From Octopus sinensis (Eukaryota), in contig NW_021832494.1 of assembly GCF_006345805.1 (NCBI RefSeq), positions 1-38,661 on the forward strand: a stretch of 38,661 nucleotides of DNA, read 5' to 3'. Shown one piece after another: positions 11,003 through 22,078 of the stretch. A program made the position numbers and the translations under genes. The number at the start of each line of letters is the position of its first letter. Position 1 is the first letter of the stretch. The notes beneath the pieces were generated by a model. It saw nothing but the letters and a program-made list of their open reading frames with translations, searched no databases and had not been told where the DNA came from.

Positions 11003-11486
11003 ACTACTAATCCCTTCAAAATTTGCTTTTATCACCTGGATATCAATGTCTTCAAACTGACCTATTTTCCATTACACTTCAGATAGATTCAGCTCTGAGT
11101 TGCTGAAGCAGAAATATCATTATAACAAACATTCTGCTCAATACCACAGATTTGCTTGTCAGTTACTTGACCTTAACCGCTTGAGCCTGTCCCTTAGTGG
11201 CTGACCATGTGGGTATTTCTGATCATGAACAGAAGTAGTGGGGGAGCATCATAGCCATGTGTTGAGAGGGATTCTCTGGGGTTTGAACAAATGTAACAAA
11301 TGCAAAATTTGAAGGAAATATTAACCCTTTTTCATGGTTTCTAGGGGTCAGCAAATAGGAAATAACAGGGACTACCTAAGGACAAGAATTGTGTTGCACA
11401 GTGTAATCCAACGAATATGGTATACGTGTATATATGTATGCATTCTTTCTCTTTTTAGTAAATTTTGACCAGCTGCCAACTTAGTA

Positions 11487-11876
11487 AGGGAAGGAAGCAC
11501 ACCGACGGTTCTGACGATGAGGGTTCCGGTTGATCCGATCAACGGAACAGCCTGCTCGTGAAATTAACATGTAAGTGACTGAGCACTCCACAGACACGTG
11601 TACCCTTAACGTAGTTCTCGGGGATATTCAGCGTGACACAGAGAGTGACAAGGCCGGCCCCTTGAAATACAGGTACAACAAAAACAGGAAGTAAGAGTGA
11701 GAGAAAGTTGTGGTGAAAGAGTACAGCAGGGATCACCACCATCCCCTGCCGGAGCCTCATGGAGCTTTAGGTGTTTTCGCTCAATAAACACTAACAACGC
11801 CCAGTCTAGGAATCGAAACCGCGATCCTATGACCGCGAGTCCGCTGCCCTAACCACTGGGCCATTGCGCCTCCACA
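11487..11876 (-). mobile_element. tRNA-derived SINE family B, full length
   Basis: Head TGTGGAGGCGCAATGGCCCAGTGGTTAGG...TTCGATTCC; 13-bp TSD TGCCAACTTAGTA (11474-11486, 11877-11889). Confidence 0.9.
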
Positions 11877-11933
11877 TGCCAACTTAGTAGCTCGGTTGTG
11901 AAGGAAAGCATCTTGGTTTAATTTTCATCCTTT

Positions 11934-12088
11934 ATAGGTGCAGGAGTGGCTGTGTGGTAAGTAGCTTGTTTACCAACCACATGATTCTGGGTTCAGTCCC
12001 ACTGCGTGGAATCTTGGGCAAGTGTCTTCTGCTACAGCCTCGGGCCGACCAAAGCCCTGAGTGGATTTGGTAGACGGAAACTGAAAGA
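11934..12088 (+). mobile_element. SINE family A head module only
   Basis: Head and CORE match, truncated before the microsatellite linker. Confidence 0.8.
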
Positions 12089-12157
12089 TCATGGTGCTGA
12101 CACCCTAACCACTAAGCCACGTGCCTCCACATATATATACATATATAAACATGTATA

Positions 12158-12545
12158 TACTCTTTACTCTTTTACTTGTTTCAGTCATTTGACTCCGGCC
12201 ATGCTGGAGCACCGCCTTTAGTTGAGCAACTCGACCCCAGGACTTATTCTATGTAAGCCCAGTACTTATTCTATCAGTGTCTTTCGCCGAACTGCTAAGT
12301 TACAGGGACGTAAACACACCAGCATCGGTTATCAAGCGATGTTGGGAGGACAAACACACACACATATATATACATATATACGACAGGCTTCTTTCAGTTT
12401 CCGTCTACCAAATCCACTCACAAGGCTTTGGTTGGCCCGAGGCTATAGTAGAAGACACTTGCCCAAGGTGCCACGCAGTGGGACTGAACCCGGAACCATG
12501 TGGTTGGTAAGCAAGCTACTTACCACACAGCCACTCCTGCGCCTA
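12158..12545 (-). mobile_element. SINE family A, full length
   Basis: Reverse complement of consensus. Confidence 0.9.
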
Positions 12546-12825
12546 CATATACATAAATGTAGAAACGTATCGTTGACAAAGGCTGTGTCACATCCAATTA
12601 TTAAATAAAAATGAAAAAATGCACATTAAGTACATGACATGACCCACAAGCGAAAAATACCAAAAGAAGTCTAAATCCTCCTCAGTTGTCGACTCTTTAT
12701 TGCTATGTGTTTCTTGCTTTTAATGACAAGACAGGACAACTTCTTAAGACTGCAGCATCTAGAAATTTTAAAAGATATAAAATTTGTGGAGAGTCAGAGC
12801 TTCAAAAAAACAAAGGGCACATGTA

Positions 12826-13746
12826 TATTTCTTTACTACCCACAAGGGGCTAAACACAGAGGGGACAAACAAGGACAGACAGACGAATTAAGTCGATTAC
12901 ATCGACTCCAGTGCGTAACTGGTACTTAATTTATCGACCCTGAAAGGATGAAAGGCAAAGTCGATCTCAGCGGAATTTGAACTCAGAATGTAGCAGCAGA
13001 CGAAATACCTATTTCTTTACTACCCACAAAGGGCTAAACACAGAGGGGACAAACAAGGACAGACAAATGGATTAAGTCGATTTAATCGACCCCGAAAGGA
13101 TGAAAGGCAAAGTCGACCTCGGCGGAATTTAAACCTAGAATGCAACGGCAGACGAAATACTTATTTCTTTACTACCCACAAGGGAACACAGAGGGGACAA
13201 ACAAGGACAGACAAACGGATTAAGTCGATTACATCAACCCCAGTGCGTAACTGGTACTTAATTTATCGACCCTGAAAGGATGAAAGGCAAAGTCGACCTC
13301 GAGGGAATTTGAACTCAGAACATAGCGGCAGACAAAATACCTATTTCTTTACTACCCACAAGGGGCTAAACATAGAGGGGACAAACAAGGACAGACAAAC
13401 GGATTAAGTCGATTATATCAACTCCAGTGCGTAACTGGTACTTATTTAATCGACCCCAAAAGGATGAAAGGTAAAGTCGACCTCGAGGGAATTTGAACTC
13501 AGAACATAGCGGCAGACGAAATACCTATTTCTTTACAACCCACAAGGGGCTAAACACTGAGAGGACAAACAAGGACAGACAAACGGATTAAGTCGATTAC
13601 ATCGACCCCAGTGCATAACTGGTACTTAATTTATTGACTCTGAAAGGATGAAAGGCAAAGTCGACCTCGGCGGAATTTGAACCCAGAACGTAACGGCAGA
13701 CGAAATACGGCTACGCATTTCACCCGGCGTGCTAACATTTCTGCCA
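12826..13746 (-). mobile_element. SINE family D: one head plus five head-to-tail bodies
   Basis: A-box head TGGCAGAAATGTTAGC at 13746-13731, then five units (one internally deleted) with the same AAAGAAATA|GGTATTT junction as the 10.3-kb array (one junction has a substitution). Confidence 0.9.
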
Positions 13747-13774
13747 CATATATATACATATATATATATATATA

Positions 13775-13928
13775 CAATGGGCTTCTTTCAATTTCCGTCT
13801 ACCAAATCAACTCACAAGGCTTTGGTTAGCCTGAGGCTATAGTACAAGACACTTACCCAAGGTGCCATGCAGTGGGACTGAAACCCTGAACCATGTGGTT
13901 GGGGGAGCAAGCTACTTACCACGCAGCC

Positions 13929-13930
<2 letters not shown>
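13775..13930 (-). mobile_element. SINE family A head module
   Basis: Reverse complement of head and CORE. Confidence 0.8.
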
Positions 13931-14237
<307 letters not shown>

Positions 14238-14385
14238 CAAAAAGCAATAAAGATTCAAGTTAATTTAAATGAATTTACTTGAATATGGTACCTAACTTAG
14301 ATGCACCAAAAAAACTACTGTTTTAACAATACAGTAATGTGGGGTGATTATAAGCGAGAAAGAAGCAACAAGAATGGAAGGTGGT

Positions 14386-14476
14386 TTTTAGTACAATCGT
14401 TTCATACAAGGACAGGCTTTATTAAAAGTTGTAAAAATTACAGCATATAAATGTGTCCCGTACTCATCAGCTAAAA
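14386..14476 (-). ncRNA. Type I hammerhead ribozyme candidate with branched stem II
   Basis: Minus: TTTTAG-CTGATGA-GTACGGGACA...TGTCCTTGTAT-GAA-ACGATTGT-A-CTAAAA; 6-bp stem I, GUA site, G10.1:U11.1 wobble; homologue at 34227-34314. Confidence 0.75.
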
Positions 14477-15958
14477 TACATGTGAGTTCTCTAGACATCC
14501 TAGTGGTTAAGGCTATACTCATGAAGTAATGAAGATAATTAAGTAACATAAACATATACAGATATCCAAAGTTCATTAAAGTTCTTTAAAGATGATGTAC
14601 AGTCTTATCACAGAATTTTAAAAAAGTTCTAATAGCAACCCAGAGAAGGTGACCTAATCCATAGTGCACATATGAATTTCCAGAGATATGATGAGGGATT
14701 ACATACTCACAGAAGACAAATTTATCCATTGTTAATCACAACGAGGTGGGTCTCAATTCCTGCTTATTAGCATTACAGAGAGGGTGAATTAATCCTTTGT
14801 ATAGATGCACAATTTCCAATGGTGTAGATGTAAATTTCCAGAGAAATGAAGAGGAATTTCATATTCACAGGCGATAAATTTATCAATGGTTGAACACAAT
14901 GAGGTAGGTATCAATTCTTGTTATATGATTAGGTATTTGCCACATTAATCATATTACTGCTATTTACAAGAGGCTGTAGCTATTTAACTTTAAAAGCTGA
15001 AGGGCTTTCTAGAGAGGCAAAGAATAGAAAATGGAAGGGAATAGAAGAAAAGAGAGAAATTAAAGGAGGAGGGAGCAAAAAAAGGGGGGAAGGGGACTAA
15101 AGAGAAGAGAAAAAGAAAAAGAGAATAAGAAGAAGAAAAAGAAAAAAGAGAAAAGAGAAAGAAATAGGGAAAGAAGGGAAAAAGGAAAAGAAAAAAAGAG
15201 GGTTCTAGTTATACAGAAGAATCAGTAGACAGCAAGTCTGGTTTTAATTTACAGGCATCTAGGAACTAGAGGAGAATATTATTCTTTGACCAGTAAAACA
15301 GCTAATTTTTGCTGTTGAAATCAGCTATGAATTTAAAGAGAATCTAAAGAGATAACACAGTCAGGGGTTTAGGGGTCAGATGCTAAAATCAAAAGAAAAT
15401 ACATTAGGAAAATCTATCTAGTAAATCCTATCAAAAGGTCATTAAGATTTACTTATTTAATTTATTCATTTTATTGTCTTAAGGAGTTGCAGTTATTATT
15501 CATACATTGACGGACTACAGGTCAAATCTTAGAAGATCATTTACAAGGTGTTAGGGGATTGTCTATCATAATGAAGATAATCATATTATCACCGAGGGGG
15601 TAGCCTTATTTATTTAATTTTGAAATAGAATTATGTGGCTATAGTAACTCATTTTATTTTATTAGAGTTATGCTACTTAAATTAGATTAAGTTAGGAATT
15701 ATAGATTAAGTTAGGAATTAAAATTAAAAATTACAATTAAGATTTAAAATTAAGAATTTAAAAATTATGAGTTTGAAATTAAATAAGGCCTCAATTAAGC
15801 AGCATATAAGTACTATTCATTTCCCTGTTCTCAAAAAACTGATGCAGATATAAGGAAAAAGATAACTGTAGTGTGAGAACTCTTAGTTATCTACTTAAAG
15901 CAGTGCTATACTAGTAGAAATCAAGTTATATCTATCTATCTAGTTACGAATATTCTAA

Positions 15959-18900
15959 TCATTTAAAATATTTTAAAGTCTTCAATTTAGCGTGGACACA
16001 AACTTGACCTAGTTCGATATGGTTATTCATAAGTTTCTATGTTTTCTATGCTTTAGAATTTCATACGTCTCCATGGAGCATAGTTGGCAACCAACCCTAC
16101 TATTTTTATACGGAATTGCTCTCCTAACTATTTCCCAATTAAGGTTATAATTTTTATTATTATTTTTGAGTTCCCAGATTTGTTTGAAAGTGTGGTGGTA
16201 CCAGCTTTATGACTTAATTTAAAAGACGAGATGTGATTTCTAACTCTGGCTAGAAAATTAATTGTACATCCAGGTAAAGATATTTGTTATTCTCCGTGGA
16301 TATGGTACATTTATAGATTACATTATTTTCCCCACATAGACCAGGTGCCGGGCATTTTGATTTTATTCTACACTTACACACAGGAGGAACAACTTCAGGC
16401 TTTGGATTATTCTTGGGTAGATGTCTTAGGTTCCTATTATTTTGATTATCATTTCTATAGTTGGTGCTGATATCTAAAGTATTGCTATTATTTATTGATC
16501 CTTCAGCTTCATCATTTAGGTCTAAAGTCCTACCATGATTTCTTATATTATTGGTAATGTCTATTATTGTTAGTCTTTTTTCTGACTGCATATTGTTGTT
16601 GAATATCACTGATATTTTCATTCTCCTTATTTTCTCCATTAGCCTTATATCTATTATTCTATTATTAACATTATTACTTCTATTAATATCGGCATTGTTA
16701 TTATTACTATTAATGTTAATGTTATTAGTCATTCTGTGGTTACTAATTTCACCTATGTTTTGATAGTTACTATTGCTGTTTTTATTGTTGGTAGTATTAT
16801 TATAATTGCTATTGGTATTCATGCTGATATTATTATTTTTATTTCTATCTTTCCTGGCTAGTTTAATATTTTATTATTAATCTTAGCTATTAAAGTGGAC
16901 ATATTTGGGAGGGTTGAATAAGAAATCCTAACTGTTTTCCTAGATATAATTCTATGATATCTATGAGAGATAGGGAAATTTTTTTCCAGAATTACTTTGA
17001 ATTTGTTCTGTATATCCGATTGTATCGCACAGTTGAAAGGAATATTCAGCCATAATATATCTTTTTTATTAAATTTAGGGTTCGTAGAATTACTACTATT
17101 CATCTCACCGGAGTTATTGTATTTATTACCATTATTTTTATTTTTATTTGTGTGCATCTTAGGTTTATCTACTTCAATATTATCCGAGTTACCTATGTTC
17201 TGGTCAATGCTTCTATTTGAATTGTTGGGCCTGCACGCTAGATTAGCGTTTACCATTAATTTAATTCTACTTTTATTTCGGACTTGGTCTGTATTGCTGC
17301 TTACGTGATTACTGATAACTTCATTATTAGGAATACATGAGTTCTCCTTATCAACGAATGTAATCTTTTGGTTTATCCAGCCTTAGTTAACGCCTCATTA
17401 TAATGCTCAGAATGGGAGTTAAATATCCTTATTGGATGATAATTTTGAAATTCTTAATGAAATATTTCTTACTAAAGATTCTATTATATTTGGGGGATGA
17501 TTTGATAATTTATTTACGTAATTGTGATTTCGCCTTCCTTTCTAAATGGGTAATGTAGCTTGGAGTTAAGGTCTAGCGTAATATCTAGGAAGTTAACTAT
17601 TTTAGTGCCCGGTTCATACGTTATACTGAGGTGAAATCCTTAAAGAACTTATTAATTTTCTTTCTAATCCTTTCTATAACAGATTTATTTTACTAGGGAT
17701 AATAAACAGAGCATCATCCCTATATAGACCCCCCTGTATTCTGGTATATCCTTGCTTATGCATTTTAATAGATATGCGCCTACTAGGTTGGTTACCTCAG
17801 CCGAATCACTGGAACCCATTGGTATATCAAAAAAATTAGGTGTATCTGCTCTAGTCCATAATTTATCTTCAAATTCTATAAATGTCTTCCTAGCTAGTAG
17901 CACAATATGATTCTTCTCTAGATATGAGGGAGCGATTCATAGCAAATATTAGTGATTTGTTGAGTAAGATAGGGGAAATGCTAGAGTAATAACTATTAAT
18001 ATCGAACTGAATAAAGGACAGACTACTAGTATTAGTTAGAGAGTTAAACCATTTTAGAACTTCATCCGTACTTAGCCATAGGTTTAAGGGGAGAAGAGGG
18101 GTTATTTGGGGTAGAACACTATCCAGGATAGATTTACTAAGTCGGCCAATGTCCGACTTAGTTGGACAGATCAGCCTTACCGAAGGGTTTTCCAAGAAGT
18201 TCTTTTTGTGGTCTTTAAGGTTGGTTACCTCAGCCGAATCACTGGAACCCATTGGTATATCAAAAAAATTAGGTGTATCTGCTCTAGTCCATAATTTATC
18301 TTCAAATTCTATAATGTCTTCCTAGCTAGTAGCACATATTGATTTCTTTTCTTCTCTAGATATGAGGGAGCGATTCATAGCAAATATTAGTGATTTGTTG
18401 AGTAAGATAGGGGAAATGCTAGAGTAATAACTATTAATATCGAACTGAATAAAGGACAGACTACTAGTATTAGTTAGAGAGTTAAACCATTTTAGAACTT
18501 CATCCGTACTTAGCCATAGGTTTAAGGGGAGAAGAGGGGTTATTTGGGGTAGAACACTATCCAGGATAGATTTACTAAGTCGGCCAATGTCCGACTTAGT
18601 TGGACAGATCAGCCTTACCGAAGGTTTTCCAAGAAGTTCTTTTTGTGGTCTTTAAGGTTGATCCTGGGCTCACACGGTTTAAGTGGCTCCGTTCTATCCG
18701 TTAAATTTAGTTTCTCCATGATCTCTTTCATTTCCATGTTTACTTTTTTCAAATTGTTCTTAGTCGTAATTTTATATTTGGAGTTTAGTTCCTTCCTAAT
18801 TAATTTGCTATAAATATCGTAATCAACTCTATACATATTACCCGTTTTATCTGCTGGTACTAGGATTCCATGTTTGCACCGGGTTGACTGAATAAAGTTC

Positions 18901-19010
18901 CTAAGGTGTCTAAGGTGAGGGTTATATCTTAACGGGTGTTCCTTGAAGCTAATATCATCTATAAGATTCAGCAAGTCTTTCTCAAAGTTCTTCAGGAATG
19001 GGTTCTCCAC
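15959..19010 (-). pseudogene. PLE RT-endonuclease ORF, frameshifted as assembled
   Basis: Motifs in order: VPADKTGNMY; LKDHKKNF..PSVRLICPTKSDIGRLSK; FIQFDINSYYSSI; FDIPMGSSDSAEV; GLYRDDAL (YRDD 17713-17724); VNFLDITL; YVNKLSNHPP; ILWLNIPF..TVRISYSTLPNM; CKCRIKSKCPAPGLC (16334-16378); NVIYKC..YLGCT..RVRNHISSF; CQLC; CVH. Several need +1/+2 frame corrections. Confidence 0.9.
17785..18660. repeat. ~437-bp tandem duplication inside the PLE RT
   Basis: 17785-18223 is repeated at 18218-18660, with AGGTTG microhomology at the junction; the copies differ mainly by small indels. Confidence 0.9.
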
Positions 19011-19105
19011 CTTGTATGTCTATTGTCTGTCTATCTTATTATCTCACTCTTCCCTCTCTCCAACACACACATGCTCTCAATCTCATATATATATATATAT
19101 ATATA
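19007..19105 (-). repeat. Inverted copy of 20935-21029
   Basis: CCACCTTGTATGTCTATTGTCTGTCTATCTTATTATCTCACTCTTCCCTCTCTCCAACACACACATGCTCTC is the reverse complement of GAGAGCATGTGTGTGTTGGAGAG...GACATACAAGGTGG. Confidence 0.9.
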
Positions 19106-20795
19106 TACAGACTCTAAGCAATATCTTCCATTCAATTCATGCCACCCCAGACACACCAGGATGAATATCCCCTTCAATCTAGCAAAAAGGATATGCACTA
19201 TAGTCTCTAACGCAAACACCAGAGACACACGACTACAAGAACTAAAAGATACCCTAATCACCAGGAACTATCCACCTTCACTTATTGACAAATGCATTCA
19301 ACGTGCCCTTCAACTTAACATCAAGGAACTGAGACATCCCAAATCAAAGAAAAACTTACAACCAAAAGCCTTACCATACATCTCCACACACAACCCTCTC
19401 AATAACGAAGCCTTCGACACCATCCTCCACAACATACCCCTCCTAAAAAAAGACCACAGAATGAACACAATCCTCCAAACACACACGATCATAAAAAGCA
19501 AAAGACAGCCTAGATCCATGAAAAGTCTCCTTACACAAGCCCGAATTCACTCTTCAACACAGAAGCCGACAGTAAAAAAATGTGGAAGACCCAATTGCGG
19601 GATATGCGACTATCTAATCGAGGGTTCTGAGTTCTCCTTCAAACAGGGACAACGTTTTACAGTGAAAAGCAACTTCACATGTGCTTCGGAGAACCTAATA
19701 TACTCATAACCTGCTCCGGGTGTCAAGAGCAGTACATAGGCCAAACAAAAAATGGTTTGCGTAAACGAATGGCCCTGCACAGATCCCAGATAAAAATTCC
19801 CCAAAACAGAAAAATAGCTTTTAGCCAACACATAGATACTTGCGCCAACAAAAAAACACCAAACTTCAGAATTTTCCCCCTCTACCAATTTAGGGACGAT
19901 ACAACCTCCAGACAACGAATAAGTAAAGAAAATCTCTTTATTACAAAATACAGCCACTTCTTAACGGGTCTACGACAAACAATTAATATACCTCAACTTT
20001 AGAATAAAAGAAAAAATATATATACACACCAAATACTACACTCAATAGAATCCATTACTAATCAGCCCCTTCATAGCTATATTTACATTCATATTCTCCC
20101 TTCTCTGTTTTTCTTCTTCTTCTTCTTCCTCTTCTTCTTCATCATCATCGTTATCATCATCATCGGCATCATCATCATCGCCACCATCATCACCACCATC
20201 TTCTCCTTCTCCTCCTCTTCTTCTTCTTCTTCTTCATCATCATCGTTATCATCATCATCGTCGTCATAATCATCACCACCATCACCATCTCGTCATCTTC
20301 TCCTTCTCCTTCTTCTTCTTCTTCTTCTTCTTCTTCTTCTTCTTCTCTTCTTCTTCTTCTTCTTCTCCACCCCCTACCCTTAAGTTTGTCACTAATGTTT
20401 TTAGTATAACACCTACGCTAATTCTATAAAGAAGCCTGTCAATATAAATATTCTCCTGAATTGAACTGAGACTGCCAGCCGCCACTGACCATTCAAAATA
20501 CGACCATCAGGGCACTCCCAGATTCTCCCACCCCCCTTTCCTCACCAGCCTTCTCTCTACTACCCTACCAAGAGCTCACAACTACCTCCAACACACAAGT
20601 GCAAACAAGGGAGTCAGAGAAAGGCAGAATGCCACTTAAATCTGAACACTACTATAGAAATATCTTTTTAAAAAAACTTTTCTTCTAATTTTTCTAATTT
20701 AATTATTTAATCGTTACAGTTGAAAAGGTCTCAAAATGACCGAAACCGGTACTGAAATGTTCACTATAAAATTATTTTAGCATTTTCTATTTTTT
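19106..20795 (+). mobile_element. 5'-truncated Penelope-like element (RT thumb + Cx4CxxC linker + GIY-YIG; Neptune-like)
   Basis: TDSKQYLPFNSCHPRHTRMNIPFNLAKRICTIVS; KCGRPNCGIC (19581-19607); NLIY.ITCSGCQEQYIGQT..LRKRMALHR..FSQH (-1 frameshift near 19704); 3' UTR with (CTT)n/(CAT)n and an HHR; both ends in (TA)n. Confidence 0.88.
20714..20757 (+). ncRNA. Minimal type I hammerhead ribozyme candidate, U3-A8 core variant
   Basis: CAG-TTGAAAA-GGTC-TCAAAAT-GACC-GAA-ACCGGT-A-CTG: C3:G8 replaced by a compensatory U3:A8, palindromic stem III, GUA site. Confidence 0.7.
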
Positions 20796-20920
20796 ACTTG
20801 TTTTTTCATATAATATATATATATATATATATTATATAATATATATATATATAATATATATATATATGTATATAATATATATATATACATATATATATAT
20901 ATATTATATATATATATATG

Positions 20921-20962
<42 letters not shown>

Positions 20963-21195
20963 CATGTGTGTGTTGGAGAGAGGGAAGAGTGAGATAATAA
21001 GATAGACAGACAATAGACATACAAGGTGGGCATGAGTGGGTTGCCTTGTTGGGATTAGAAGTGAGACTAATTTGAACCTTTGATGTCTATTTTTGCAACA
21101 AAATACGTGATGCTTAAGACTTGTTATTTCGAAATTATAACCTTACCAGCTATCATGTATATGTGTATATATCTGTATCTATATGTGCATATATG

Positions 21196-21226
<31 letters not shown>

Positions 21227-21630
21227 ATATGTATATATATGTATATGTGTATATATGTATATATATATATATATGTATGTATATATGTATGTGTATATAT
21301 ATTGTATATATGTATATGTACATATATGTATGTATATGTGTATATATGTATGTATATGTGTATATATATGTATGTATATATATGTATATATGTATATATA
21401 TGTATCTATATGTGCATATATGTATATATATATATGTATATATATATGTGTATATGTGTATATATGTATATATATATGTGTATATATATATATATATGTA
21501 TGTATGTGTATATATATATAGTATATATGTATATGTATATATATGTGTATATATATATATGTATGTATGTGTATATATATAGTATGTATGTATATGTGTG
21601 TGTGCATATATATATATATACACACACACA
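20796..21630. repeat. (TA)n and (TATG)n microsatellites around a short unique island (20950-21145)
   Basis: Direct reading. Confidence 0.9.
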
Positions 21631-21951
21631 CACCCTCCTTGCATTTTAGCAGACACCTACTTGTTCGTGTTCTGTTGCTGTCACCACCACTACTACTACT
21701 AGTACTACCACTACCACTTCTGCTGCTGTTACTACTACTTCTACTATAAAAACCAGTCAACATCACCTCCATCATCATCATCATCATCACCACTACCACC
21801 ACCCCCACCCTTTACCCTACAACACCACAATGACCAGAACTACAATGAACATCATCACTACTACTACTACTTACTACTACTAGTAGTAGTAGTCGTATTA
21901 CTACTACAACCACTACACTGCAATAACCAGAATTACAATGAACATCATCAC

Positions 21952-21992
<41 letters not shown>

Positions 21993-22078
21993 CCACTAGT
22001 ACAACCACTACACTGCCATGACCAGAACTACAATGAACACCATCACTGGTAGTAGTAGCAGTAGTATTGGTGGTAATA

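Larger units (their letters stand above)
14238..19010 (-). mobile_element. Penelope-like retroelement, RT + C-terminal GIY-YIG, 5'-truncated (possibly Hydra-type clade)
   Basis: ORF remnant 19010-15959, then ~1.7 kb of SINE-free downstream DNA ending in an HHR and a hairpin at (TA)n. Linking 14238-15958 to the ORF is inferred from contiguity and typical PLE layout. Confidence 0.75.

Noticed and set aside
15959-19010. Selenocysteine read-through in the main PLE ORF
   Set aside because: Interruptions are explained by frameshifts; no in-frame TGA at conserved Cys positions after correction
19007-21029. TIR DNA transposon carrying a PLE fragment
   Set aside because: No TSD outside the inverted repeats, no transposase, and the repeat is simple-sequence-rich flank; kept only as an alternative in the findings
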